DNA from: a bacterium
Lineage (GTDB): Bacteria; Bacteroidota; Ignavibacteria; UBA10030
Assembly (NCBI GenBank): GCA_043803945.1
Contig: JAZDJN010000035.1
Location: 58,324-122,323 of the forward strand
Length of the DNA: 64,000 nucleotides
Direction of reading: 5' to 3'
The position numbers and the translations under genes are program-made. Numbering within the stretch: position 1 is the stretch's first letter; every line of letters starts with the position of its first letter. Under the pieces are notes generated by a model. The model saw only the letters and a list, made by a program, of their open reading frames with translations, did not search any database and was not told the origin of the DNA. This document shows positions 1 through 11,500 of this stretch, piece after piece.

Positions 1-97
1 TGAGTTCAAGAACTATCGGGATGGAAGTGGCAAGATCAAATCCAAGTATGTCGGTTCGCTTTCCGACGTGTTGAGCGACCACCTTGGGAACCTCTGA
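1..97 (+). CDS. 3' end of a possible small ORF truncated by the window edge
   Basis: Frame 2 reads EFKNYRDGSGKIKSKYVGSLSDVLSDHLGNL-stop and converges on the 380-aa gene; too short to assign. Confidence 0.3.
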   Translation, partial: EFKNYRDGSGKIKSKYVGSLSDVLSDHLGNL

Positions 98-212
98 ATT
101 TACATGATGCAGCCCAAGCGTCTGCATATTTGATGAGACGAAACTATTGAGAATCTTCTCCTTGATCATTGATGACCTCTATTTTTTAAAATAGATAATG
201 AAAAACAATTCA

Positions 213-1355
213 CTACTTATCCAATATTCTGTCGTACTCCAATATTTCTTTTGACAATAAATCGGAGGTCTTAACATTCTCCAGATGGGCAAGATCATTT
301 CTCATTTCTCTTAAAACAAAAACCAGCTTTTTCAACTCACGATCAACGTATGTTTTAGACCTTTGAAGAGCGTAGGTTATTTGCCCAATTTCCATATCTC
401 TGATATCAGATGTGAGTTTTCCCTCCTCTGTCTGGAAGGGCATCATAATACCAAGCTTGTTACCAATTATCATCCTTCTTCGGCATTCTTCAATAAAAGG
501 AAATAAAACGCCTACCTGAGCACTCCAAATCCTGCGTTCGAGTTCTTCAATCGGACCCTGCAATGCAAAAACTGCAGAGTGGCAGACATCCTTCCCCTGC
601 CACAAATAAGTCTTTCCCTTAGACCAGTTGTTGTCTGAATAAACAGCGTTTCCGGGTAGCCAGTTACGCTCTTTTGCATATTGCTCCAGAAGGGACCTCG
701 GATTTAGAATTTCCCCGATAGCTCTTGAAGCAAGATAGTCTGCCAGATTTGGATCCCACATTGCAATGCTGTCAATGATGTTGGTTGCGATACTTCGGTG
801 CACGTCTGACGGAAATGTGCTTTCAACTTTCATGTGAACATATATCAGCATATCAAGCGAATTGACGCAATCATTCCATTTAAAAACATCAAGGCATGCA
901 TCTTTCTCAGGAATTACATTTGCTGATTCTCCGATTACACAAGCACAGATCATAGACCGCCGCATTAGACTTGTTGCTTTGCATGCTTGTTGAAATAAAG
1001 AAAGGAATCCAGCCCATTTCTCCCAGGTATGAAAATCATTGAATTCAATCCAAATAATTTTTCCCTGGAAAGATTCCTGGCTCAGGATGTCTGATGCGCT
1101 TACGATCTTATAATGAAGATCTTTTTCCAAGTAGGATTCACACAGAAATTTTAATGGGTCACTTTCATCAAATGGCGGTCGTATCTGTTGAAAAGTCCAA
1201 TCCGAATCCCTGAACCTGGCGCTCAATGCGAATCCAAGGTTAGGAGGATGGAGTTCAGGAAACAGAATTACCACATTACGACCCTGTCGAATGCTTTGTT
1301 CGATGTCAGCCGTAAATTTTGCAGGTCCGGGGAGCAACCACCACATCAAATTCAT
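213..1355 (-). CDS. Hypothetical protein, probable partner of the upstream large NTPase (possibly a degenerate P-loop fold)
   Basis: 380-aa ORF starting 17 nt after the 2005-aa gene, same strand; N-terminal IRQGRNVVILFP resembles a decayed P-loop strand, with no intact Walker A. Confidence 0.6.
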   Translation of the reverse strand: MNLMWWLLPGPAKFTADIEQSIRQGRNVVILFPELHPPNLGFALSARFRDSDWTFQQIRPPFDESDPLKFLCESYLEKDLHYKIVSASDILSQESFQGKIIWIEFNDFHTWEKWAGFLSLFQQACKATSLMRRSMICACVIGESANVIPEKDACLDVFKWNDCVNSLDMLIYVHMKVESTFPSDVHRSIATNIIDSIAMWDPNLADYLASRAIGEILNPRSLLEQYAKERNWLPGNAVYSDNNWSKGKTYLWQGKDVCHSAVFALQGPIEELERRIWSAQVGVLFPFIEECRRRMIIGNKLGIMMPFQTEEGKLTSDIRDMEIGQITYALQRSKTYVDRELKKLVFVLREMRNDLAHLENVKTSDLLSKEILEYDRILDK

Positions 1356-1372
1356 CTTGTTCTGTTCCTGCG

Positions 1373-4300
1373 CTACTTTCCAAACACATTATGTGTGAGA
1401 ATACTATTCAATGAATATGTGTTCGGACCAACAAGTGAAATCATGTCTAGTGCTTCCGCCCATTCAATACTCTTTGGAAGAAATTCTTTTGCTTCTCCCA
1501 GATCCAAAAGTTGCTCCAACTCAGTTATGGCGATGTTTTCCCCACCATATTCTGCCATAGTGCTTATGATTCCCCTTGGAGTTTCAGTGATCTCTGAAAA
1601 GCCAAACATTTTATCAAGTTCCATTCTGTTAGCAGAAATCCATTCCTTCAATTTCCCACAGCACTCTTTCGAAACGAAAGTCTCCCCTTTTGTTAACTCT
1701 TGGAACTTCTTAAGTAGAGCATAAAGTTGACCTGTAATCGATTTTATCTCATTTCGTTCTTCTATTTGAAGAGCGTAGACTTCGTCATCAAGCCAATGTT
1801 TAATCGCCGATTCATTCCACCTTCTCAATGATATAACATCAAGGCTTGCTCCCCTCAGTTCGATCCACTGACTCCACTCCTGATTAAGAATTCCCCAGAG
1901 GTGATCCGGCTCTGCTATAAACACAAAACGCAGAAAGGAGCCCCAGTTCCCAATTATGCGGATCTTCTCCTGGGCAATTTTTATCCACTCCAGGCTCCAT
2001 GGAATTTCATAGCCGATAACATAGATAGCGACACTATCTCTCGCAATTGACTTTATTTCATCAATGAATTTTCTGAATTGAGCAACTGATTGAACTTGAT
2101 CAATCATATTCACATTTGAAAAAACCCGTCCTTTAAGAAATTCGGGGAGATCATCCAGTCCATTAGCTCTGTTACCGGCAATAAGGGTTACTCCATCTTT
2201 GTTCGAAGTGATCGTGCTCAATTGGCCAACAGTCAATGGACTTCTGAACTCTCTCGCACCGGCAGGCTTGAACGCAATACGAAAATGCGCTGGTTCATAT
2301 CCTAGTTCTACTTCGCGTCGCTCTAGCAGCTTTGACGTAATTTTCTCTTCACTTCCCATCAGTCTGTAAACGTTTTGGTTTCTCAGTAGATACCCTTCAG
2401 CAGGTGTGGCTTGCAATACACCCAGACCGATCATTTCCTCTACCAGAATTTTGATTGACTCGAGCGAAGAATGTTCCTTGAATCCTTCAGGATAGAAACA
2501 AGTTGCCTGTTGCCTGATCCAATCCAGGGTGAATCCCGAGCTCATACCTAGCTCAGGATTATCCGCATACCCCTGGGCTATACTATATGCAATAACTTCA
2601 TACTTGTTGTCAAGTTGAAGGGTCCAAATGAACCTGTCACTGATTTGATTTCGCAGACTGGTATTCTGAAAGGCGTCTGTGACATGTCTGCTTTCTATGA
2701 TATATGGTGGACACTTTTTAGTATCGAATGGAATCTTCCTGATGTGCTGCAGCAACTGTGTGCAATATAGTTGAATAAGGCTGGGATAATAATTTGTCTG
2801 AGATAATATCCTCATTATGAGATCACTGCTACTGAACTTGTAACCAATCGCTCTCAGAGGGATTTCTACTAACTTTCTCGCTTCTATCCATTCATCATTT
2901 GAGAATAGGGGTCCGATGCAGTGAGGTTCCCCAAAGTGTGCCAGTGGATGGTTAGCCAGCGTTGTTGTTCTCAAGACATTGTGAAGCCCGGCGAAAACCA
3001 CCTTGAATCTTCTGCTGGTATTATCCATTAGGCCCTTTAATCGCGAGGTGTAGATGAATTCTCCGGATGATTTTCCGGACTCCCGGCTTCCTTTGCCATC
3101 GATTTCCAGAAAAATGTCTGCTTCATCAAGCAGAAGTAAAATCCTCCTGTCGGTACGATCATTTAGCCATTCTTGTATATTTTCTAGCAGGTTTTTTAAT
3201 CCTGTGTTTCTTTGTACTTTTGTTGAAATGACCTGGTATTTCTTAAATTCTTCCACCAGTACTTCCCACAAATGGTCTATCGGCTGAGCCGTACCAATAC
3301 CGAGGACTTTGAGATCAACATAGAGGGCAATCATACCACTTGAAGGATTGTGGAAAGTTCTCTCGATCGAGCGCAATAGAGCTGTTTTTCCGAGCTGACG
3401 ACCCCCATAGATAAAACACGATCCATGAGGATTTACGATCGCTTCGAGTTCCCTTTTTCGCCCATAGAAGATCTCAGGCGGAACAAGGCCTGCAGTTGTG
3501 GTATATGGCTCAAGATCGGTTAAAGGCAGAGTACAATCGAAGAACACTGGAAGCCTGTCACCTTTCACTGTACACAAATAAAGAATTACTATATCATCGA
3601 TGACAATATACGTTCTTCTCCCTGACCGGCTCTCCTCCGCAAGTTCCCTTCTGCGTAGTTCAGACATTCTTCCAAACCAAAATATTATAACAGGGCCCCC
3701 GCTTCCTGCAGTTGCGACATCATTAGAGAGAATATCTGCTGTTTGGTAATTCCAGAAACAAAGAACACGGTATCTTCCATTTGCTGCAGACCCATACTGA
3801 TAAGCGGGGCAACGGTTTCGGTCATTAACTGCTTCGGCCTCAGCAGCGAAGATATCCTTATTGACAACCCTCCGTTTTTCGACATTTGCAATATTTAGTC
3901 CAATCCCTTTCAGCACGTCAGACACATGGTCAACAGTTGCGAAACGGGAATTCTTCATTTCGAGCCACGCTTCAAGGAGGTTGCGTGCATCTTTTCTTTG
4001 ACTCGAGGACACTCCTTCAAAGGATAATGGCCCAATATTTTCACCCCGCTCAACCAACCTAAGAAGCTTATTTCCATTCAGTGCATCCTTTTCCAGGAAT
4101 CCGTGCAGTTCGGCAATCATGGATAACATGGTTTCAAAATGAGTTTGACTGGCTTTTTCATCCGGGATAGCCTCTCCGTTTGCTGCCCTGTTTACAAAAT
4201 CTTCTGCAGTAATAAGGTCACCATCTTGTAGTAATTTACTGATACGAGAAAAGCCATCACTATCAGACTTAATACCGATGTCACTCATCCTTTTAATGAG

Positions 4301-7300
4301 ACGTTCTCTTGCCTTATTTTTTTGTGTGTCGATCGTGCTTTCAATTCCATCGAGCTGTTGTATGGCTTCGGACAAATCTTCTTTATGCTTTGAAGCTTCC
4401 GCAATAGAGTGAATATCGCGTTTGAACGAATCGTATTGATCTCCGCGGATAATATTTAATGCCATCGCATCTTCAATTTTTGCGACGGTTCTTGTCCTTA
4501 CAATTTCTTGTATAAGCATCCGGGACTTGGTGATTTCTTCATCTCGTTTTCTTCGAAGCCCTTCAGAATCAACACCCTGAATATGGAGGAATTCGACGGC
4601 ATCTATCACATTACCGGAAATTGTGTGTGCATGGTCTCTTGTAGCTTGCTCGAAGGCTCTCACCCAGTCTTCTGTTCCTTCTTTTATAAGTTGCAAGAGT
4701 TTTATCAGAATCCCTTTATCATATCCCTGAACAGGTTCCCAATCAGCATTGAGAGGTAACCCTGCCAGAAGTAATTCCCCATTAAGAATCCATCGGATAT
4801 AGGGCTCTTCTGGGATAAAAGGCTTGGAAGGATCGAATATTGACTTAATGTCCTCGATTGCGGAGATGGTAAGGTCAACAGCAGATCTGGTAATTCTGGA
4901 ATCAGATCCATGCTTAAACTTGGATAGTTCATCAATGCAGGGAGTACACAGATCACCCAATTCACGCTTTAATTTGTCAATTTTTTCATCAATAAATCCC
5001 CGTTGTTTCCCTGGTCTGAAATCGATAAGCCCCACCCATATTCTCGCCATTGTCGATAGATCTCTGAGATGTCTTTGGATTTGATTTGAAGCTCTCTGCA
5101 CTATTGATCCACTGGAATGCACCATCGTGATGGCAGCAAAATGAGTATCGATTTCCCGCCCCAGCCATCGCTCATTTACTAAGTCAATCGAAAAATCTTT
5201 CACAATATCAAGATGATCAAAAGCATTGTTTTCAATCGCTTCAACTATTTGATAAACTCTGTTACCTCTCTGCAACATTCGTTTCCATGTCTTTACTCCG
5301 GGAGAGGTCACTATACCGAAACTTTGAGCTTGCTTATACCATTGCTTGACTTTGTTCCTGATATCTTCAAGTTCTTCACGCCACTTTGTTTGATCTTTTG
5401 CGATTTTTATTACTTGTGGTTCAAGCGCAATTCCCAGGTAACCCCATTCAGCTATCCTCTGTGAAATGGTATGCAATATGCTTAATTGGCTGTACGATAG
5501 TTGGCTTAGAATCGCCTGAGCTCCTGTAACTGGTGCCAGCAGAGATGGGCGCAGACATGAACTTCCCCACATCAGGTTCAACGCTATTCGTGTCTTGTCG
5601 TCTTCAGCTTCAGGAAGATCTGGATTGAAATTTTCATATTCTTGCTTAAGTAATGAGGCGATATTTCCCTGGTTTGATCCTGTATAAGGGGCAAGCAGAA
5701 TCGCTTTGAAGAGAGAGGCTGATAAGGCACTGGAATTAGTTGGGAGAATCATCGCACATTGATATGCAATCCTGAATTTTCCCTCTCCCACAAGTGCCCA
5801 GAGTAATTCGTCCAACAAACTATCTTCCGCTGCTGTGTGGTTCGGAGAGAGCATTTGTTCAGCGATTAAGGCAGAGCTTCGGTTATCGGCTCTTTTAACT
5901 TTTAATGCCTCAACGGGTTCCGGAGATTCCTGTGCCCTTATTTCCGACTTCTTTGAAGGCTTCGATTTAATTTCAGGTACGGGTGTCTTATCAGGAGCCC
6001 GATCCTCAATCGCCTGGACCTGATCTTCAATAACATTATTGGTGATCTCTCTCGGAATCTGTACAACTGTTACCGCGTCTTCTGTTTTTCTTTGATGAGA
6101 AAAGTCTCGGATCGCCGGGAGTTCAGGAAATACTATTTGATCTGGTCCTTGTTCAGCAATGACCATTCTATCCATCATAGCAACTTCAGCGCATTCTTCT
6201 CCAAACTCTTTAGCAATCACTATTTTGAGTGCTTTACACTCATGGAATCCCAGGATTTTCTTCTCTTTGACAAGACGTATGAGACTTAAGTATGGATGCG
6301 ATCCATCTACAATGCTGTTCACAATCACTTGTAAGTTGCTTGTATTTCCACTTTTAATTTCTGCCTCAAGTGTCACGATTTTTTTCACGACCTCTTTCAG
6401 AGGTGCAAATTCAATATCAACAGTGTTTCGCAGCAAATGAAATGTTGAGAGCAATTTAAGCGCGTCAAGTCTGGTTTTCTCAAACTCAACTTCCGCCATC
6501 CTGTTTTTCCCACGTTCAAACAATAGGGCCAGATCGGCTGGAGTTTTTGCTGACAGGATCCTTTCTTTTATTTCATCATCTACTGATGCTGAGATATCTT
6601 GCTTAATTTCCTCAAACAGTTTCAAATAACCGGATGCTAATTCCTGTAAAGCTTTAATTTCATCAGCGCTTGCTTCACCAGCAGGCAGGGCATTTGAAAT
6701 ATTTATTAAATTCTTCTTTGCCAGATCTATCTTTTCCTCTACCGACTGAGCTTGTTGTGACTCCTTTTTATCATCGCCATCTTTGCCTGCTTTGTCATTA
6801 GTCAACCTGATCGGGCCCTCTTCAGCAATACTCTCCCGATCATCACCTGCTATTTCGGTAATCCCCTCTTGTTCATAATTTACACCTTCTCCCCCGCCTT
6901 TATCATTAAACCAGCCTAAAAGAAGTGACATTAACGTGACTTCTGATTCGTCTTCCCCTTCGATAGGTTTTCCGCCTGGCCTGAAGTGCCACAATTCAGT
7001 CTCTCCCTCCTGGCATAGATCAGTATCGTTAAGAGACTTCCAAACAATCGGAGAAATTACCTTCCGAACTGAATACCCCCTTTCTTTCAGGGCTGCCTCA
7101 ACTTTCAATCTTAGATTTTTCTTCACCTCCATCCACAAAGCGAGAATCCAGTTACCAAGCTGAGCATCCTCAACTACCCTTTGTTCCATAAATTGAATTA
7201 CTCTCAGCTTTGGCACCTTTCGGGCATGTGAGAATCCCGGGAAGTACCGGGAGATCCTGTCCTTATGGAGAGCCAATGTCTGTGCTTGATCATATTCTAC

Positions 7301-7390
7301 AACTGCTTTGATAATTTGGCGCAGTTTTGTCCGCGGATAAGATTCGAGAGGATTAAAGAGGTTGTCGGGGTACTGGTTATGACTTGCCAT
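1373..7390 (-). CDS. Large STAND-like P-loop NTPase, putative defence protein
   Basis: 2005 aa; PY..G.VPPEIFYGRKREL followed by Walker A YGGRQLGKT, Walker B LLLLDEAD, and TNYYPSLIQLYC (STAND GxP-like); long helical N-terminal half. Confidence 0.75.
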   Translation of the reverse strand: MASHNQYPDNLFNPLESYPRTKLRQIIKAVVEYDQAQTLALHKDRISRYFPGFSHARKVPKLRVIQFMEQRVVEDAQLGNWILALWMEVKKNLRLKVEAALKERGYSVRKVISPIVWKSLNDTDLCQEGETELWHFRPGGKPIEGEDESEVTLMSLLLGWFNDKGGGEGVNYEQEGITEIAGDDRESIAEEGPIRLTNDKAGKDGDDKKESQQAQSVEEKIDLAKKNLINISNALPAGEASADEIKALQELASGYLKLFEEIKQDISASVDDEIKERILSAKTPADLALLFERGKNRMAEVEFEKTRLDALKLLSTFHLLRNTVDIEFAPLKEVVKKIVTLEAEIKSGNTSNLQVIVNSIVDGSHPYLSLIRLVKEKKILGFHECKALKIVIAKEFGEECAEVAMMDRMVIAEQGPDQIVFPELPAIRDFSHQRKTEDAVTVVQIPREITNNVIEDQVQAIEDRAPDKTPVPEIKSKPSKKSEIRAQESPEPVEALKVKRADNRSSALIAEQMLSPNHTAAEDSLLDELLWALVGEGKFRIAYQCAMILPTNSSALSASLFKAILLAPYTGSNQGNIASLLKQEYENFNPDLPEAEDDKTRIALNLMWGSSCLRPSLLAPVTGAQAILSQLSYSQLSILHTISQRIAEWGYLGIALEPQVIKIAKDQTKWREELEDIRNKVKQWYKQAQSFGIVTSPGVKTWKRMLQRGNRVYQIVEAIENNAFDHLDIVKDFSIDLVNERWLGREIDTHFAAITMVHSSGSIVQRASNQIQRHLRDLSTMARIWVGLIDFRPGKQRGFIDEKIDKLKRELGDLCTPCIDELSKFKHGSDSRITRSAVDLTISAIEDIKSIFDPSKPFIPEEPYIRWILNGELLLAGLPLNADWEPVQGYDKGILIKLLQLIKEGTEDWVRAFEQATRDHAHTISGNVIDAVEFLHIQGVDSEGLRRKRDEEITKSRMLIQEIVRTRTVAKIEDAMALNIIRGDQYDSFKRDIHSIAEASKHKEDLSEAIQQLDGIESTIDTQKNKARERLIKRMSDIGIKSDSDGFSRISKLLQDGDLITAEDFVNRAANGEAIPDEKASQTHFETMLSMIAELHGFLEKDALNGNKLLRLVERGENIGPLSFEGVSSSQRKDARNLLEAWLEMKNSRFATVDHVSDVLKGIGLNIANVEKRRVVNKDIFAAEAEAVNDRNRCPAYQYGSAANGRYRVLCFWNYQTADILSNDVATAGSGGPVIIFWFGRMSELRRRELAEESRSGRRTYIVIDDIVILYLCTVKGDRLPVFFDCTLPLTDLEPYTTTAGLVPPEIFYGRKRELEAIVNPHGSCFIYGGRQLGKTALLRSIERTFHNPSSGMIALYVDLKVLGIGTAQPIDHLWEVLVEEFKKYQVISTKVQRNTGLKNLLENIQEWLNDRTDRRILLLLDEADIFLEIDGKGSRESGKSSGEFIYTSRLKGLMDNTSRRFKVVFAGLHNVLRTTTLANHPLAHFGEPHCIGPLFSNDEWIEARKLVEIPLRAIGYKFSSSDLIMRILSQTNYYPSLIQLYCTQLLQHIRKIPFDTKKCPPYIIESRHVTDAFQNTSLRNQISDRFIWTLQLDNKYEVIAYSIAQGYADNPELGMSSGFTLDWIRQQATCFYPEGFKEHSSLESIKILVEEMIGLGVLQATPAEGYLLRNQNVYRLMGSEEKITSKLLERREVELGYEPAHFRIAFKPAGAREFRSPLTVGQLSTITSNKDGVTLIAGNRANGLDDLPEFLKGRVFSNVNMIDQVQSVAQFRKFIDEIKSIARDSVAIYVIGYEIPWSLEWIKIAQEKIRIIGNWGSFLRFVFIAEPDHLWGILNQEWSQWIELRGASLDVISLRRWNESAIKHWLDDEVYALQIEERNEIKSITGQLYALLKKFQELTKGETFVSKECCGKLKEWISANRMELDKMFGFSEITETPRGIISTMAEYGGENIAITELEQLLDLGEAKEFLPKSIEWAEALDMISLVGPNTYSLNSILTHNVFGK

Positions 7391-7614
7391 ATAGCTTGAA
7401 CTCCCATAAATGAAAGAAAGACGTGATATCTTTCTTTCGCTAATGTGACCTTATCTTAATCGCGTTATAATGATCTTGCAAAAAAAAAAAGAACTGATGA
7501 AAGGTTTTACCTTTATCTGTCGAATACCGGTTACTCTAACAAGCTTATCCCTGACAACTGCAATAATGAAATATGGATATTGCCTATTTGTAAAGAAAAA
7601 TACTTCGCTTATTG

Positions 7615-7664
7615 GCTCAAAAACAAAAAAACCTCCTTCATCGCATTCGCGAATCCAAAGGTTT
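7615..7664 (-). terminator. Candidate intrinsic terminator or attenuator in the leader of the NTPase gene
   Basis: AAACCT (7629-7634) pairs with AGGTTT (7659-7664), followed by a long U-tract on the minus strand. Confidence 0.35.
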
Positions 7665-7844
7665 CAATTTCTCTTTCTTGGAAGATATAAGGAGCGCCAC
7701 GGTTTACTCCTTCGGAAGCACACTTAATCCTCCTCCACGGAATGCCCCAGCACGGTAATTAAGATTTGACTGTTGGCAAGAAGGTATAGATGTTTGCTAA
7801 TGAAAACAATAGCAAGAATGTGCAATTGGCGATAATGAGCTAAA

Positions 7845-7989
7845 TTTACCTCAGGTAAACACCTGAAAATGGCATGGAAAACACCTTAGGTGTGATTTTT
7901 CATTGTCCACGAGATACAGAATAAATTTGACAGCCACAACGATCCGTGCTTTGAGCTAGAGAGGCAAAGAGGGTTGTGGGAAAGGATAG
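7845..7989. repeat. Conserved non-coding element, copy 1 (copy 2 at 36525-36855)
   Basis: TCAGGTAAACACCTGA-N14-ACACCTnAGG block, a 32-nt block at 7934-7965 (27/32 identical to 36783-36814) and GGGAAAGGATAG at 7978-7989. Confidence 0.8.
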
Positions 7990-8215
7990 CTTCCAAGCAT
8001 CTCCAATGTCATTTTAACAGGATCCCTTTTTAAACTACAACCGTTTCCATGCTCACTTGTTGGATGTCAATACGCTGGAACGTCCGACTCCTCACCTTGG
8101 CCACCGCATTGAAATCATCAGGCAAATCGTCTTGCTGGTATATTCGCCTCAACAATCCAAACAACGATCGGATGGTGTCTATTTGTTCGGCAGGTGTTAA
8201 ATTAGATCTCCTTCG

Positions 8216-8509
8216 TTAGCTAACCTTGAGCTTCATTTCCAATGTTTTACGCCGGCCTTCATTGCTCTCTATGGACACTGACACCGTGTAGGTAGTGTTC
8301 GCAGTTCCACCGGAACAAAACACCTTTACCACTGTCTCGGTGAATACCATATCTGCAGTTGTCAATGATGCAGCTGGAGCAACAGTCACCTGTACACTCT
8401 TAATCTCGTCTTCTCCATTGTTACCAGGACGCAACACCGTAAAGAAGTCGAAATCGTAATCAAGTCTGTCTGCTACCTTTTGTTCAAATAATTTTACTGT
8501 CTGAGGCAT
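8216..8509 (-). CDS. Phage fibre-tail adaptor-like protein (about 97 aa)
   Basis: K..DRLDYDFDF, VKVFCSGG and Y.V...I.SNEGR pattern of small Ig-like phage adaptor proteins; ATG at 8509 has a GGAGAAG RBS; follows the giant fibre gene. Confidence 0.65.
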   Translation of the reverse strand: MPQTVKLFEQKVADRLDYDFDFFTVLRPGNNGEDEIKSVQVTVAPAASLTTADMVFTETVVKVFCSGGTANTTYTVSVSIESNEGRRKTLEMKLKVS

Positions 8510-8519
8510 ATGCTTCTCC

Positions 8520-11500
8520 CTAGTTTTCTTGTTCAATTATGCACGGATCTTCTTTTACTTTTCTTCTCTCTACTGGAACATCTGGTCTGCGACGCTCCAG
8601 ATCATTAACCTTGTTTCTATCCCACTTGGCAACCACCCTCCTCACCGGTCCGCAATAGTCGGTCAGCCTGTCTTTGAAAGGATATTCAATACTCCTGACA
8701 ACCACTTCTGGAGATGGCGCTATCTCTGGAATCGCAAACACATCCCTAGTGCCACACGACTTGATGGTCCTTCCTCTCGACAGCTTTATAGCACGAACTT
8801 TCTTGAATAACTGCAGCTCAGATATCGACTCACAATCTGAACGCAAACCAAGAACTCTAATGCATCCAACACCGAGAATGCTTTCGGATTCCGATACCGC
8901 CGAAGCACTTATGCCCTTGTTGACATACACAGACGTTGTGGATTCAGATTCGGAATCGCTACTCATCATCATTCCGGCAAGTTTGCCTAAGCTCAAAGTA
9001 GCATTGGCAATGATGGATGATGATACAACCATCTCCTTCAACCTGTCAAACAACGAATGTGCTTCTGCAACGGCAGATGCAGAACAAGTCATGCTGATAG
9101 CGACCTGCGGACTGAGAACTGCCGAACATACTGCTTGAGACGTAATTCCAAGATCGGATCTCTTCACTAATCGTGCAGTTGCTTCACACAATATGCTAAC
9201 TCGAGTACTTATCGGGACAATGATGCTTGCCAATCCACGTGCGAACATCTTGCCAGACCCAAGCTCAACCTTTCGGATTGAGCACGCTGCAGAACCAGAC
9301 GAAATAACAGTTCCGCGAACGCTGGTTGCTAATCGGAATTTCAGATATGCAGCACCACCACTGAGAACATCACCAACGGTATCCAGGACTGTCTTAAACG
9401 CAACAAGCCCTGACCCACCAGAGACAATTCCACCCTGAGCGATCAATGTTCGAATGAACGTGAATAGTGCAGAACCGGATACTACACATCCGCCGAGAGC
9501 TGCCACAGTCAGCCAGTTGCTAATCGACGATGCACCAGACAACAATGCACCACCGCCGACCTCGATTACTCTGCGATTCTTCATCGTCACTGAACCGACC
9601 GCGATCATCGAGCCGGAAGTCTCGGGCTCAACTGAAACAGATTTCGTTGCATTACCACTGGCCGCAATTCCACCAGAGCAAATCAATGCCGAGCTAATGA
9701 CTCGCTCTGCAGTACCGCTGGCGACGATTCCTCCGATACTCTGACCACTCAGCCGCACCAAGACCAATGCACTTCCAGCAGTGATAACACCGCCAGTAAC
9801 ATGTGGAGCTATCCGCTTGCCTATCGCTGCAGAGCCACCAGATACAATATCTCCAGAGACATCGACGATACGCTTGAACTGAACTCCAGCACTACCACTG
9901 ATTACTATACCACCATAACTCTCGAGTGATCGAGTTGCCACTAAACTCGAACCACCACCTGTCTTTGATTTACCACTTCCCTCTAGAGCGATGGCCACAA
10001 CGATACTACCCTGACCGCTGGGTACTACTCCGCCAATACCTTTAACCACCCTGCGGATTATCGGTTCATAGATACACGCACCACCAGTTAAGATATCTCC
10101 AGACCCAACGACTTCTATAATATTCTTCACTACAGCTTTGCCAGATGCTACAGCTCCACCTGTAGCGATTACCGCCTTTACGAATGCGACAACGGCTTCG
10201 GACAACAACACAATAATTCCATCAATAAACTGAATTTTCGAAATTGATACCGAAGCAGATCCAGACGATTGCACACCACCGATCGGTTGATATTCCAAAC
10301 CTAAGCATAGCGTACTCGAGCCGCCAGTGAGCAAGCCACCTGATGATACGATCGCTTTTCTGAAACAAACAACTGCACCACCGCGAATCGTGCAACCGCC
10401 TAATCCATAGATCCTGCCAGCCATCTGACATTTGCCGCCAGTGACCACCCCACCCTTTGTGGCAAACGCACGACCATTTACCGATCGACCCGAAGTGATT
10501 ACTCCATCACTGACAGCGAACGTCCGGGCAAGAATTACTAATCCACCAGCGACGATCGTGCCTTGACCTTCAATGATTCTGCCAACTGCAAATTCTGCAA
10601 TACCACCGACAATCAATCCGCCAGCCGATTCAAACACATATCCGCGACAGAGTAACGCACTGCCACCGAGTATCATACCGCCACTTGGTTCAAATTCTAA
10701 CCGGATATGATGAACAACACCTGCAGCTCTACCCGTCGTAACACCACCGCTGGAAACGATCGACAACACCTTAGCCACCGAACACGAACCGGATGCAACT
10801 ACTCCACCGTTGCCACTTACTACCAGCACGATAGCCCGTAGACACTGACCGCCAGTAGCCAATCCACCAGACACCACAAATGTCCGACCGAACTCAGTGT
10901 GACCACCAATCGATATTCCACCACTAACGGTGATCTCTAGCCGATATGCGACATCTGCAGTTCCACCACAAATTAGGATCCTACCCAGTTTCCCATAGCC
11001 AGACGTTCCCCAGGAAGAGCTACCGTAGCCACCGACATTGTTACTGACATCAAGCGCAACGTAGGTAAAGCGGATCGATTTATCGGCTACTCCACCTGCC
11101 GATTCTCCACCACTACCATCAACAACAACTCGGACTGTGACACTGCCAGAGGCGCTTGCAGTTACTCCACCCGCACACAAGCCAACGAAGATGCGAACAA
11201 TCGCACCACCACCGGTTGAAACGCCACCGCCAAGGCATATATGCGTAAAGCCACGCACTACGCTTCCACCGGTGATAACTGAGCCGTTTGCAGTCACTAC
11301 GATAACGATAGAACTCAGTGAGGACCCAGACGCTAACAAACCGCCAGTAGCAACAAAAACGTATCCACGACACAATATCGACGTCTCACCGGTGAGACAC
11401 CCGCCTATGCCAGCAATCGATAATACCTTCGCGATACTTGCTACACCACCTGTAACTGTACCATCTGAAGCAAACCTCGATACACCAAGAGAACAAACTC

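Noticed and set aside
7470-7727. 85-aa plus-strand ORF
   Set aside because: Runs through a poly-A tract and the structured leader; no RBS or domain.
8030-8200. About 56-codon minus-strand frame after the adaptor gene (LTPAEQIDTIRSLF...)
   Set aside because: Good RBS but no canonical start codon in frame near it; may be a decayed small phage gene and cannot be supported.
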